From: a virus
Taxonomy: Duplodnaviria > Caudoviricetes
Strand: one strand, 5' to 3'
DNA length: 64,000 bases
Virus record (IMG/VR): IMGVR_UViG_3300021431_004525
Shown here: positions 37,308 through 48,974 of the stretch, one piece after another
Position numbering within the stretch: the stretch's first letter is position 1
How the letters are laid out: each line of letters starts with the position of its first letter
The notes under the pieces: model-generated
The model's database searches: none
What the model was told of the DNA's origin: nothing
The model's input: the letters and a program-made list of their open reading frames with translations, nothing else
Translations under genes and position numbers: made by a program

Positions 37308-37706
37308 CTATTTGTATCTTATGAAATGAAACCGGTGATACGGATAAAATTCTTCCTTGAATATTCCGATTAACGGATTTCTATTATAATAGGCTTTTTG
37401 CGCTTTATCGACAATCCAACACATATCACCCCCGTTTACATATAAATCAGATGAAAGGGAATGGCAATCATAATAACCGGAGTTATCCCAATCAACTTTG
37501 ATATGATGTGCTTTGGTATGATGTCCACCCATTACCTTAAACTCTCTAAAGACCGGCTGACTGAACTTGACTAATGTCGAATCATCGCCATCATATTGCC
37601 AGACATAAATGTAGCGGTTATCCTCATGGTCAATCCTGTCAGACCTGCCACAAGACACAAATAAAACCGCACTAAATAAAAATATAAACCTAAACAACCT
37701 ATACAT
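37308..37706 (-). CDS. putative lipoprotein
   Basis: MYRLFRFIFLFSAVLFVSC lipobox. Confidence 0.7.
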   Translation of the reverse strand: MYRLFRFIFLFSAVLFVSCGRSDRIDHEDNRYIYVWQYDGDDSTLVKFSQPVFREFKVMGGHHTKAHHIKVDWDNSGYYDCHSLSSDLYVNGGDMCWIVDKAQKAYYNRNPLIGIFKEEFYPYHRFHFIRYK

Positions 37707-40700
37707 AATATTAATTCATTTTTACCATTCAACATAACTGGCTTTTTCAATTTCCTTATTGAAAAACTCTTTTTCTTCTTCTGTCGCCAAACGATACTCT
37801 CTGGTATAACCCAAACCAGTCATAGGATAAGGACGTTTATGTTTTTCAACTTCTCCATTTTCACGTCTGATATAAAACGCATCAGTCTCCAACGCTTCGC
37901 CATTGAAGCCACAATATCGGCACATACAACACTCCATGCCAAAAACCTTAAGATGTTCGTCTTTCTTGACAATAATATCATCCTTTTTAAAACCATTGGT
38001 CAATTCAGCAAGGGTGTAAATAGTAACACTATCTTCATCACAGATGGCAACCAAACCGGCATTCTCCAGTAACTCACTATTGTAAATCTCAACCATGTTA
38101 TTCTATTTTTAATCCGTAATTTTTGTCATTGCTTAATTCTTATAGGGGTCACGCATTATCGTCCAGAACCTTTCATTTGCAAACTTGTTCACACCATCCC
38201 TTAACAGAACCATGGTATAATAGTTGCTCAATATACTCGGCTCACGCTGATACCACTTGAACTGATTGATGAACTCCTTATACTCTACACTACCATCGTT
38301 AGTAAAGACAGAATCACAATCCACATCTTTCAACCGGAAATGAAATTGCTTTAAATCATCTAAATTTATCTTCATGACCATATCTGTTTTGTTTGATGGT
38401 ACAAAGGTACGAAATTATTTTCAATTTACCAAATAAAAATCGAATTTTTTTTTTAGATTTATAATAAAATTCCTTTATGCTTAAACACATCAATGTCTTT
38501 AATGTTTTAATATACGCTTTTTATGCTAAGTTTATTTTGTTTTCCACTTTCTAAGACCTTTGCCATAATATGCAACATAGTTTTTTATTGTATCTCTTAT
38601 GCAGTCATTTAACGTCTCATATCCAAAATATGTACCGTCTTTATAACCCTTAGATTTTGAGTATTCCCAATTTTTGGGGTTATGGTATGCTCTGATTATT
38701 TTATGCTTTAGAATTGATATTTTTTTCATAATCTCTCCAATACGTTTTTTAACTTAAATAATTTTTAAATGAAACGAAATGTTCATCACCCCAATAGAGG
38801 TTGTCTGCATCTTCACCATCTTCAAAATAACCACTTTGTAGCCACTCTAAAAGCGATATTTCATTAATAGAGTTGTCTTGATTAAACCATACACAGACTT
38901 CATAGACTTTTTCTTCTATTGAAAAGAAAGCCATGTATCTGTCAAGTCCATCATCATCAGTTGCTTCGTACTCTAAATAATAACGATTAATCGTTATATC
39001 CATTGTCACGTTCCCGATTTTCAGGACTGCTTTAATACCACTTGGGGCAATGTGCTTTCTCTCGTCCTTATCATGGCATAACGTTTCTTCCGTTACTTTT
39101 TTTACGAAAGTGTTCCCATAGAAAGGATTTTCATCCCCCATAGTATTTTTGTCTCTATTTTCTAAGGTCTCAACTCTTAATTTTGCTTCTACCATAATTT
39201 ATCTCCTTTATAGGTATTAAGTATCATGCTTTTTCCTCTTTCCATTTCCTCATGCAACAACATTCTTTGCAATAGCACTCGTCACTTTCATCCCACCCAA
39301 AATTCTCACCGGTGTTGGGGTTAAACCAACTTTTCTCTAATATATTGTCTGAACCGCATACCGCACAAACAATCTTTATTCCATTAAAACTTTTCTGTCC
39401 CATAATCTTTATCTCCTATTTTTAATTGTGAATACTAATGTTTATTATTTCTACTGCAAAGGTACGAAATTATTTTGAAATATCCAAATAAATCCGTACC
39501 TTTAACATAAAATTAACAAATCTCACGTTCCACTACATAATACTTATGAAATTGATTTTGCTGGCCGGCCGCATAACTATCTGCATCACCCTCTTTGTAA
39601 AACACTTTTACCGGTGATACCTCACTGCCAAACCGGCGCATTACAATGTATACTTCCATATTAATCTATTTTTAATAAAACTTATCTTTCTTCTCGCCAA
39701 TAGACTTCAACGTCTCAACAGAAATAAACCCATATATACACACCAACCTGCAATTTACGATTTTCTTGTTAGTTAATCGCTCATTTCCGGAATGATATAC
39801 AATGCCTAACGTCCGGTAAATATCCAAGCCGGTATGCTCATATTCATTAATAAAATCATAACACATGGTTAAATGCGTATAAGTCGAAATAACCGATAGT
39901 ATGGAATCACCGGAAATCTCAACGACACTGAAATACTTCTCACTATCCTCTATATGACCGCCACGACGTAAATCCTCATTAAGAAGGTCATTCAGCCTAC
40001 TTACACGACTACGCTCACGATTAACCAGTTTCTTTAATATAAAAATAAATTCAGATAACTTACTCATATTTCTTCAAATTAATTGTTTCTTAATTATTAT
40101 ACCGGCCAAGCATCCACAATTACGGAATCCGCAATCAGTTTGACATTATGATGCTTGTCGTAATACTTCCAGAATGTTTCCTCGTTCTTTGAAATGATTG
40201 TCTCAACTCTGATACGACCACTATTGTATTTTGTCTCAACCTCAAAACAAGTCAGTTGTTCTTCCATGTTAAAAATTAATCTTTTTTTTTTTTCAATTAT
40301 TCGCACGCTTTATCAACTAAGTATAACTGGTATTTATTAATCTCTTCTTCACTAAACCAGTACTTACTTTCCAATGGCTTAAACGACAAAAGAAGGTCAT
40401 AGTAACTATACCGGTCTAAAATTTTTATCACAAATTCATCATGATACTTTATATCAACAAATGAACGCTGAACACTTAATTGGCACTTATAATGAAAAAC
40501 AGCATTATTCCTAAATAAAAAATAATAACATAACCCAATTAATATGGTCATAAAAATATAGAAAAAGACCGACTTAAATGATATATTTTTCATATTAATA
40601 TATTTTTTTTTTCAATTATTATGTTACCTCTACTTCTGAAATCCCAACGTGATACATATTACCGCCATTTGCACCCTCATAGTCAAATATGGTTTCACCC

Positions 40701-41315
40701 ATTTCTTCAAGTATCGTGTTATCACCGGTTGTCTCGGCAATGTCAGCGAGGTAATCGTTGAAATACTTCTGTGCCACATTCTTGTTACGTGTTACTCTCT
40801 GCCCCGTGTAAATGTCACCACAAAAGGTCATTACACAGACATAAACCACAACATAAACCTTTTCCATATATCCGTTATATTTGTTTTGTTTGACTATGCA
40901 AAGATACAAAGAAAAAATGACATTACCAAATATTTTGTGTTAAGTAATACTAATTAATTGTTAAAATATACTAACGGATGAATATAACACCATCACGCTT
41001 TTCATCTATATCCCAATCCTCACCGCGTCCGGTAAGTATAAAATATAAATTCAACATACGCTTCGTCATATAATAACCCTTAGAACCTAAACCCATGTAC
41101 TTGTTATAAGGTGCAGAATAAAATTTATTACCGCCACTCATAAAACTCCGGCCATTGGCATTGCACCACTTCATATAAATCTCTGCCATGAATAATGATG
41201 TATTATCATTAACGTCAGAATAATAATGACTACCAGATTTTAACATGATAAAAACTAATTAATATTTAACCTATTTCTAAAACGTACTCATTTGAGTACA
41301 TATATTAATCTATTT

Positions 41316-42209
41316 TTATTTCCCACGGCATTCTACAATGATACTCCGGTATTGTGGCTTTTTCCATTCCCAATAACGAGGGTCTTTCAGACTATACTTC
41401 TTTCCGTCAATCTCAACCACCGGTTTGAAACTGCCATCACTATTCATGTACTTGTCAGCAGATAATATAATATCAATAGGATGATAGTAACTATCCTGAT
41501 TACGATACTCCATATCCAATCCGGAATGAATACAACCGATTATCCTATGAATATATTCGTAATCACAAAGTTTATTTTCGTTTATGCAGTCGTGAACACA
41601 ACGACATTCACCATATACATGAATAGATTTCAAAAATCCCCTATCACCTAAACAAAAATCACCAATACCATATTTCATCGTCTTACACGATAAATTCCGG
41701 TAACTGCTCTTCAGTAACACATCACAGAACTTGTTACCATCCACAACGTGAATATTATAACCCAATACCTCTACCGGTTCTTTAAAGTACGATAATACCT
41801 TTGATATAATTTCACTGGGACTATACTGATTACGATATTCGTTAATCTCAAAGAATAACCATAAAGGTAGTCTTTCCTCAAAACCCTTAGAATAATCATC
41901 AGCCATCCGGTTCTTCATTTCAATCAACTTCTTACCATCAATAAGCGGATAGGGAAGCATAATTCCGGACTTCATGTACTTGTTGATGTCAGCACTATAA
42001 GATACGGAAGAACCGGACAACTTCTCATACACCTTTACAAAGATGTTATCGCAGAAACTGAACTCTATCCACGCTTCACCACAATCACGACCATCCCAAT
42101 AACTATCGGTAATGACGCAGCCTAATGACTGAATAAATGACTTGGCACTCTCCATGTCACCTCTATGCTCACAATCACATACAAAGTATTTTCCGCTAAT
42201 CTTCTCCAT
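41316..42209 (-). CDS. hypothetical protein
   Basis: 297-aa ORF. Confidence 0.85.
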   Translation of the reverse strand: MEKISGKYFVCDCEHRGDMESAKSFIQSLGCVITDSYWDGRDCGEAWIEFSFCDNIFVKVYEKLSGSSVSYSADINKYMKSGIMLPYPLIDGKKLIEMKNRMADDYSKGFEERLPLWLFFEINEYRNQYSPSEIISKVLSYFKEPVEVLGYNIHVVDGNKFCDVLLKSSYRNLSCKTMKYGIGDFCLGDRGFLKSIHVYGECRCVHDCINENKLCDYEYIHRIIGCIHSGLDMEYRNQDSYYHPIDIILSADKYMNSDGSFKPVVEIDGKKYSLKDPRYWEWKKPQYRSIIVECRGK

Positions 42210-43175
42210 ATCTCTATATACCTTATTTAATATTAATCTTTATTTTCTTTGAAACTATACTCAAAGTTAATGCTTTTGACACCATGACGTATCAAAAACA
42301 AGTCTTGTTCAATGTACCAAAGCAACTTAGCGTAATCTACATCGAAATCAAAGAATAAGCCATTAAAAGGCTTTTTGAGACCATGACTATATACTGATAT
42401 ACTCCCGTCTGAATTGACCACAACACGGTCAAAATAATGTTCCTTAGTGTTGTTGCATACTACTTCCGATATGTTCTCACGAAGAAGAACAGATACAAAT
42501 AACTGAAAATATAACTCCTTTGTATTCATATTATTTTACATCTTTTATTTTCAAATGCAAAGGTAAGCATTTTATTTGAAATAACCAAGAAAATTACGTT
42601 CTTTAACTCTTTTTTAACCGATTTTTACAACTTTTCGTAACTAACTGATAATCAGGCTATTATAAATTCCAATTTACCATTGCTTAACGTAAGTGTTTCA
42701 GTATCAGACACTTACAAATCTTAAAATTTAAGTATTTGAGTATTAATTTGATAGCATTTTAGAAATAAAATAGGGTTTTTAAGATATGCAGTACTATAGT
42801 ATTTGCCGGAAAATGTTCTCTTTTGAAAAATGTGATATGAAAATTTTTTACTGGATTTTGAAATGACAGATAGGTAAATTTACGGGAAAAATCCGTGTGG
42901 TGTGTATTTTTTAACAAATTTTAAATAATATGAAGTCATGTTAAAATTAGATAATAAATGTTAAATTTAGGATTATTTAACAAATGTATATTTATGCACA
43001 TATTTTGAATATATATACTAATTAATAACAAAGTGTCACATTTCCTTCTTTACACTTTGTCCGGATAATAATATTTTTAATTACAAATTGTAAATAAGTG
43101 GTGCAAATTTATTCAGTTAAAAAATGTTAAAGTTTCTAAAAATTTAATTAAAATTAACAATTTTCATTTAAATAT

Positions 43176-43210
43176 GTTGGAGACTATACTTTAGAATTTC
43201 ACTTCTACCT
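43176..43210 (-). ncRNA. 35-nt hairpin RNA motif, copy A
   Basis: AGGTAGAAGTGAAATTCTAAAGTATAGTCTCCAAC behind promoter 43237. No ORF. Confidence 0.7.
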
Positions 43211-43307
43211 CTGTCAATTTCTTTATCTTTTGACAATGCAAAGGTAGTAAAAAAAACCGAGACTACCAAATAATCTCGGTTAAAGAATGTTAATGTAATT
43301 GTTAAAT

Positions 43308-43652
43308 TCAGTTTTCTATTTTCACCCAATAGGAGAATAGTTCATTTTTTGCCCTATATCTGTCGGGCATATGTCCATATCCGTCTGTATCGAGCCAATA
43401 GGCAAAATCGTCCAATAGTTCATCAAAGGTGTCGATAGTTTCTCTTACACTGCCATAATAGTAAGGCTTACAACCTTTTTTATATTCATGTGCAGTTGTC
43501 AGTGAGGTCACGGGATTTCTGTCAGATGTCATTACATATAGTCTGCCATTGCCTTCCTCAAATATCTCCCTTGCCCTTGTTTTTGAGACACGTAGATATG
43601 TTCCTATATCACTATCTGATATTAATTGAATTTTCTTTTTACTTATTGTCAT
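43308..43652 (-). CDS. hypothetical protein, weakly similar to 48975-49280
   Basis: Shared pattern A...(F/Y)E.G and F.....DF.Y(W/Y). Start trimmed. Confidence 0.7.
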   Translation of the reverse strand: MTISKKKIQLISDSDIGTYLRVSKTRAREIFEEGNGRLYVMTSDRNPVTSLTTAHEYKKGCKPYYYGSVRETIDTFDELLDDFAYWLDTDGYGHMPDRYRAKNELFSYWVKIEN

Positions 43653-43757
43653 ATAGATATTATTTAATTGTTTTCCCTTTGGTTTTCTTTTCAAGGATAA
43701 GCCACAGAACACCTATCAAGGCGAATACCAATGCTACAATAAGATTACCGGTAGCCA

Positions 43758-44204
43758 TTAGAAGTCCGTTTTATTTTCAAGATATTCTGTTACATAATGT
43801 TCATAGATTGCTTGGTATTCCTCACAACGTGTAACATATTTGAACACAAACGGAAGGAGTTCATCAAGCCATGCTATCATGTTCCTCTGAAGGTCTTTCA
43901 ATCTACCTATCATATATGGGGCTGAATAGTTTTCCCCATAGAGGAAAAGCGGCAATAGGTTTTCAGTTTGTACCTTATTCCAAATCCATGCGATATCGGT
44001 AACACCCAAATCACATTCATTTACCAGATACTGCAAATCCTCTTTGTCAGTAATATCGAAGATATAGTCGGCTCCGTTTCTTTCATCGTTTTGCATACGA
44101 TTATAGGCTGCAAGAACCATCTCAAGAACCTTATCATCAGTTTTGATGTCACGGGTAATTCTTGGTTTGATAATCTCGATAATGTTATTGAAAATCTGTT
44201 CCAT
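43758..44204 (-). CDS. hypothetical protein
   Basis: 148 aa behind promoter 44249. Confidence 0.8.
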   Translation of the reverse strand: MEQIFNNIIEIIKPRITRDIKTDDKVLEMVLAAYNRMQNDERNGADYIFDITDKEDLQYLVNECDLGVTDIAWIWNKVQTENLLPLFLYGENYSAPYMIGRLKDLQRNMIAWLDELLPFVFKYVTRCEEYQAIYEHYVTEYLENKTDF

Positions 44205-44672
44205 ATTTTCTTTTTTTTTATTTAAAATGATTTTGTTTCTAATTGTGATGCAAAGGTAATAATAAATTTTGAATTATCCAAATGAATTACATTATTTAAC
44301 ATTGATTTAACTAAGAATTAACGTTTAGTATTCCATTTTAGATAATATGAGATATACTTTCTGTTCACAGCCATGCAGCATATTATTCGTACCATATCCT
44401 TGCCCATAGAGTTTATAGATACGTTCCATTTGCTGTTTAATGGTGTCATAGGACTTAGCCGGTCTTGCGACACTTGCTGATGTGATAATTGCTGTAAGAA
44501 TCATATTTTTGTCCTCCTATTACATTGGTTTTAAAATTATACATATTATATATTAATTGATTTTTCAAGTACAAAGTTAGTGATAATTTTTGAGAGTACC
44601 AAATTTTTTGAGTTAAATCATCGTTAAATCCATGTGAAATTTATATAAAATTAACAATTCCGTACAGGACGT

Positions 44673-44707
44673 GTTGGAGACTATACTCTAAGGTTTTACC
44701 CTTACCT
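44673..44707 (-). ncRNA. 35-nt hairpin RNA motif, copy B
   Basis: AGGTAAGGGTAAAACCTTAGAGTATAGTCTCCAAC behind promoter 44722. Confidence 0.7.
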
Positions 44708-45130
44708 ATCAATTTTGATAATGCAAAGGTACGAATAATTTCTGAGAAAAACGAATTATTTTAGTTAATAGACATTAACAGATTGTTAAGAAATGTTAAT
44801 AGCCGCTATAGTGATATATCTTCTTCATCTGTATCTATTATATAATCTATTTCCGGTTTGATATATCTTATCTCTGTTGCTTTGCCGTACAATCCCACAT
44901 ATTCATTCAAATTCCATATACCATTGTATTTATCCATTCTGAATGAGATATTATGTTTATTGGGTTTGAAGTAACATTTGCAGAATATGCTATTGGTTGC
45001 TTTGAATATTCCGGTTTTATTGATATTTTCATCAATATATGTTTTATCAGCAGGGAATGTATTAACCATTTCCTTGGCCATATTCCAATACTTGATAATC
45101 TCTGAACCTTTAATTGATATGTAATTCATA

Positions 45131-45679
45131 TTATTTGATTTTTTCTATTGTGAATGTATATGGTGCTACTGCTCCGGAAAGCCATCTTGGGTTATCTATT
45201 TTCCACATTCTGTTTGGTTCTATTACATTCACGGCAAGTTTCTCATTATTGATTTCGTTCATCATATTAATCTCGCTTTGAATAAATTCATCTGTCAATT
45301 CATGTCCGAGAAGGATTTGTTCAGCGAAATGCCTGAAAGCAAGATACCAGTTCATTGATAAATCACCGCCATTAGGAAATACTCCACCATTCATAACAGA
45401 AACTTCGTGTTTTCCAAACTTATCTATGAATTTATATTTACCGCCAACAATGAAATATTTGTCGATTTTCTTGTGTGAAGGCTTATCCCAAGTTTCAATC
45501 GTATGTCGAATAATGTCAACCGACCTATACTGCCCGCCAACAAGATATGAATCTGCTGCTTTAGTAATAGTTACTTTTACCTTTGGGTATTGATACATTT
45601 TATTCTCATAGGCGATACATTTATCCTCTGTGTCGAATAAACGTCCATTGAAAGCCTTATAAGCGATTACTTGTTCCAT
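45131..45679 (-). CDS. hypothetical protein
   Basis: 182 aa. The N-terminal YKAFNG..F.....C..YE resembles the start of 5645-5923. Confidence 0.8.
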   Translation of the reverse strand: MEQVIAYKAFNGRLFDTEDKCIAYENKMYQYPKVKVTITKAADSYLVGGQYRSVDIIRHTIETWDKPSHKKIDKYFIVGGKYKFIDKFGKHEVSVMNGGVFPNGGDLSMNWYLAFRHFAEQILLGHELTDEFIQSEINMMNEINNEKLAVNVIEPNRMWKIDNPRWLSGAVAPYTFTIEKIK

Positions 45680-45917
45680 AACTGATATTGTTTAAATTTA
45701 TACTGCAAAGGTACAAAAAAGTTTTGATTTATCCAAATTGTTGAGGCTTAATCTTCGTTAAAACTATGTGAATTTTATATAATTTTAACAATTCCGTACA
45801 GACCATAAAGGAAACCTTTCTTCTTTCTTTTATATATTTTCTTTCTTCTGGGGAAGAAATGAAAATGAAAATTATATTAGTTAAAAATATAATTTTCCAT
45901 ACTTATACGATAAAATA

Positions 45918-45955
45918 CTCTATAGGTTCCGGTCTTGGACCTATAGAGATTTTTT
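45918..45955. terminator. intrinsic terminator-like hairpin
   Basis: CTCTATAGGT...ACCTATAGAG flanked by A- and T-tracts, downstream of the minus-strand gene ending at 45976. Confidence 0.6.
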
Positions 45956-46596
45956 ATTTTGAATTGATTTTTATTTTATCCCTGACATTCAGGGATTGAA
46001 ACCTCATGGAACTTGAATATACCTTTTAGTCGTTCAGATGCCTTATACGAAGCCATCATTGCCCCTCCTACGCTTGGATAGTGCATTGCATCATCCATGT
46101 TTTCTGTAAGACTTGTGCCATCATTGGAAAGAAATCCCTTCAAATCCTCTGAATAGATTACATACGTTTTGTTGCTCATACTCCTTTTATTTATTGAATT
46201 ATCGTTTTTACCACTTTTAAGGCTCGTAGGACGCATTTCTTTATTCAGATGGATAGTTATTAGTCTGAGACGTTAAAATGCGTTTATAAGCCATTTCTGA
46301 CGTTTTACGATGCAAAGATACAAATAATATCTCATACGGCCAAAGAATTTCTGTTAATTCATGCTAACAGAATGTTAAAAAATACAAAAAGGTCTTACCT
46401 ATCTATCTCAGACTTGTAAGACCCAAAATTAGTATTAACCTTAATTAAATAAAACCGGTGATAGTATCTGATACTACCTTTATCACGTTACTTGTCTTCA
46501 GTATATAAAAAATTTTCATTCGTGATAGGTGTCCGGTTAGTAACCCGTCCTAACTAAAATCAATTCATATAAAAATAACCTCACACTTGAGATTTA

Positions 46597-46673
46597 TGGT
46601 GGACCTGGGGAATTTTGCAATCCCGACCTTCGGCTTATGAGGCCGCTGCTACTTACTTCTGAGCTACAGGTCC
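46597..46673 (-). tRNA. tRNA with CAT anticodon (Ile2 or Met), encoded CCA, atypical D and T loops
   Basis: GGACCTGTAGCTCAG...CGGC-CTCATAA-GCCG...GGGATTGCAAAATTCCC-CAGGTCC-A-CCA. Confidence 0.8.
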
Positions 46674-46680
46674 TCTAAAT

Positions 46681-47270
46681 GTGAGTTCCTATCGTTCCCG
46701 TAAAGCGTCCGCCTCCACCTCCAATGGTCGCAAGGCCGTTATAGGAAACTCACCGCACTACTTTGGAAATTCTTGCAAGTGTTGGTTGTGACCTCTCCAA
46801 CGTGTTTTTGCACGGGCCTAATCGGCTATAAGACCTTTACGTTCACATTAACCAACAATTTCCACTTTTCATGCCGGCACATCTCCTAAATCATCATCGT
46901 AATCACTACGTTAATGTAAACTCTCTTAGTACATGCCATTGTCAGAATTATTGCAAATCATTCCGACTGAGTTTATCCTTCTCGTCCCTGCGTTACCGCT
47001 TGCCAATCAGGCCCGGTCCGCAATCTGCGCTTGAAGGTTGAGCCACTTTCCGAAAGAGAACGTAGAGAGAACCGGATATGGCATTGCCACTTACACATGC
47101 AATGAAAGATTATAATCCAACAATTGACACGGGCGAATTTCATATAGTCCACTGACTTTAATTCGCAAAGGCGATGTGGCTTGTTCTCACTTTGGTCTAT
47201 GCTGCGGTATCTGTGCGTCACCGTTTCACCTATATAACGGGCTGCGTTGATTAGCGTCAGCAATAAGCCT
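46681..47270. ncRNA. candidate large structured ncRNA region next to the tRNA
   Basis: About 600 nt, visibly GC-richer than its surroundings, no credible ORF, several stems (e.g. GTGAGTT-CCTAT...ATAGG-AAACTCAC at 46681-46753). Confidence 0.45.
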
Positions 47271-47779
47271 TATTTTAAATATGAATTTATATTATACTAA
47301 CCTTATTTGTCAAGGCTTGTCCCTTACTCTTATCATAGTTCCAAAGTCTTATATTAATATTAAACAAATCAAATCTTACATGCCCTTTAATTGGGCGGAG
47401 GTCTTGTGTCCATATTATTTGAACTATTACGGATTGGTACTAAGGTGGAATATTCCCCACAACCTCCCATCATCCATCGTTGGTTTTACAACTCCGCTAA
47501 TACTTTCTTGCGGGTGTCACGGTCATTTGTTTTATTTTGACAATGCAAAGTTACAACAATTTTCTCATATTTCCAAATATTTTATGTTAAAAAGTGTAAA
47601 GCCTTATGTTAAAAACCGTTTAGTGTTTGCGTTTTCGTTCACCAAAGGATTTAGGGTCATTAGCAATCTCTGTTGCACCGGCTTTCAGCATTTGAGGAAT
47701 ACGCTCATACTCTCTTTGGGTGAAAAAATTTACGATATAAGGTGTTTCCATATAGATTGATATTTCTTTTTATTATTTA

Positions 47780-47904
47780 ATCACGGGGAATTAGCGGTTG
47801 CCGGTTAAGCCCTCACCAGTTTTTGTTTAGACCTCCTTCTTAAACTGCGCAGCGGTTAGGTACTGGGTCTGCTTGGGTTCCGGTCAACCCCGCTATTCCG
47901 TGAT
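47780..47904. ncRNA. candidate ~125-nt structured RNA
   Basis: Long closing stem ATCACGG..GAA.TAGCGG.TTG.CCGG / CCGG.CAA.CCGCTATTCCGTGAT with internal hairpin GTTTAG-n8-CTAAAC. Confidence 0.55.
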
Positions 47905-47928
47905 ATGTTTTACTTTCGTTTATTCTTT

Positions 47929-48255
47929 TCAAGCAGCCAACTTGTTAATAACCTGCTTCAACCTACTTGTCACAAAGCCTTTCGTCTTGTTGTCCTTGAT
48001 GGTGTCGCTCAACATGTCGCAGATATAGTTCAGCGTTGGAATGACATTCTCAGATGTAATGTTTCCGGTACCGACTTTTGCAGCGGCCTTGCTAAGTTCC
48101 TCTCCATGGCTTTCAATTGCAAGAATGATAGCGTCCTTATCCCAAGCATGGATGCCGGTGAATGTGGCCAATGCCTTGCCGTTCTTACACACTACTACGT
48201 TTCCGTTCTTGTCCATCACGTCAAACGTACCTACTTTTGTCACAATCTGTACCAT
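47929..48255 (-). CDS. hypothetical protein ending LAA
   Basis: 108 aa, GC-richer codons. Confidence 0.85.
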   Translation of the reverse strand: MVQIVTKVGTFDVMDKNGNVVVCKNGKALATFTGIHAWDKDAIILAIESHGEELSKAAAKVGTGNITSENVIPTLNYICDMLSDTIKDNKTKGFVTSRLKQVINKLAA

Positions 48256-48326
48256 AATTCTTAGATGTTTTTATTAATCAATGTTTAACTTAATCTGTCT
48301 ACCATACTCATTTGAGTACATGGGGG

Positions 48327-48400
48327 TGACTCCGGCGTGGCTCGAACACGCGACACCAAGTTTAGGAAACTTGTGCTCTATCCAACTGAGCTACGGAGCC
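48327..48400 (-). tRNA. tRNA-Arg(CCT)
   Basis: GGCTCCGTAGCTCAGTTGGATAGAGCA-CAAGT-TTCCTAA-ACTTG...GTTCGAG...CGGAGTCA. Canonical cloverleaf, CCA not encoded. Confidence 0.95.
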
Positions 48401-48974
48401 TGTTTGTAGGTTTTCCTATTCCACCTACCAAGCCACATGGACTTAACTCTCACCATGTTCTACCGGTCAATTCCGTTTGGGTCAGGACTAATCTAACACA
48501 CCTCTCGGCTTGTCTGCACTTTCTTAGGGTGCTTGCGGCCTAATTGAAAACCCACTATTGGTAAAACTCCTTCAGCCTATTGTCCTTAGTTTTTATTCCA
48601 TTGTCGGCATAAATAGATTTACAAAATGAGCATAAAATAGGCTTGTGGCATCAGCTAATTGACTTATATTTTCATTCTCGGCAGTGATTGAAACAAAAAC
48701 AAAGCCTTCATAGATGTCCTCTTTATATGAAAACTTGGTGCCAAAGGCTGGAAAAACTGAATTGATAAACTCTTTCAGTTGCTCTAATTCTTTTTCATTT
48801 CCACTTTTTTCGATGTTCAAAAGCTGAATCTTCATAATCTAATCTCCTATTAATTTAAATTGACACTGCAAAGTTACGAATAATTTTTTAATCTACCAAA
48901 CTTTTTTGCTTAAAGAAGTTTAATGAATTGTTAATTGATGTTAATGTGTACTCATTCGAGTACATGGGGTCTGC

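Noticed and set aside
43176-43210. 35-nt motif as a group I intron S element (AAGATATAGTC-like) or an rRNA loop fragment (GGTGAAA)
   Set aside because: The resemblance is short. No matching P7 partner, intron core or flanking rRNA sequence is present.
46973-47760. ORFs 46973-47263 and 47281-47760 as proteins
   Set aside because: Atypical composition, and they overlap promoter 47545 or structured non-coding sequence.
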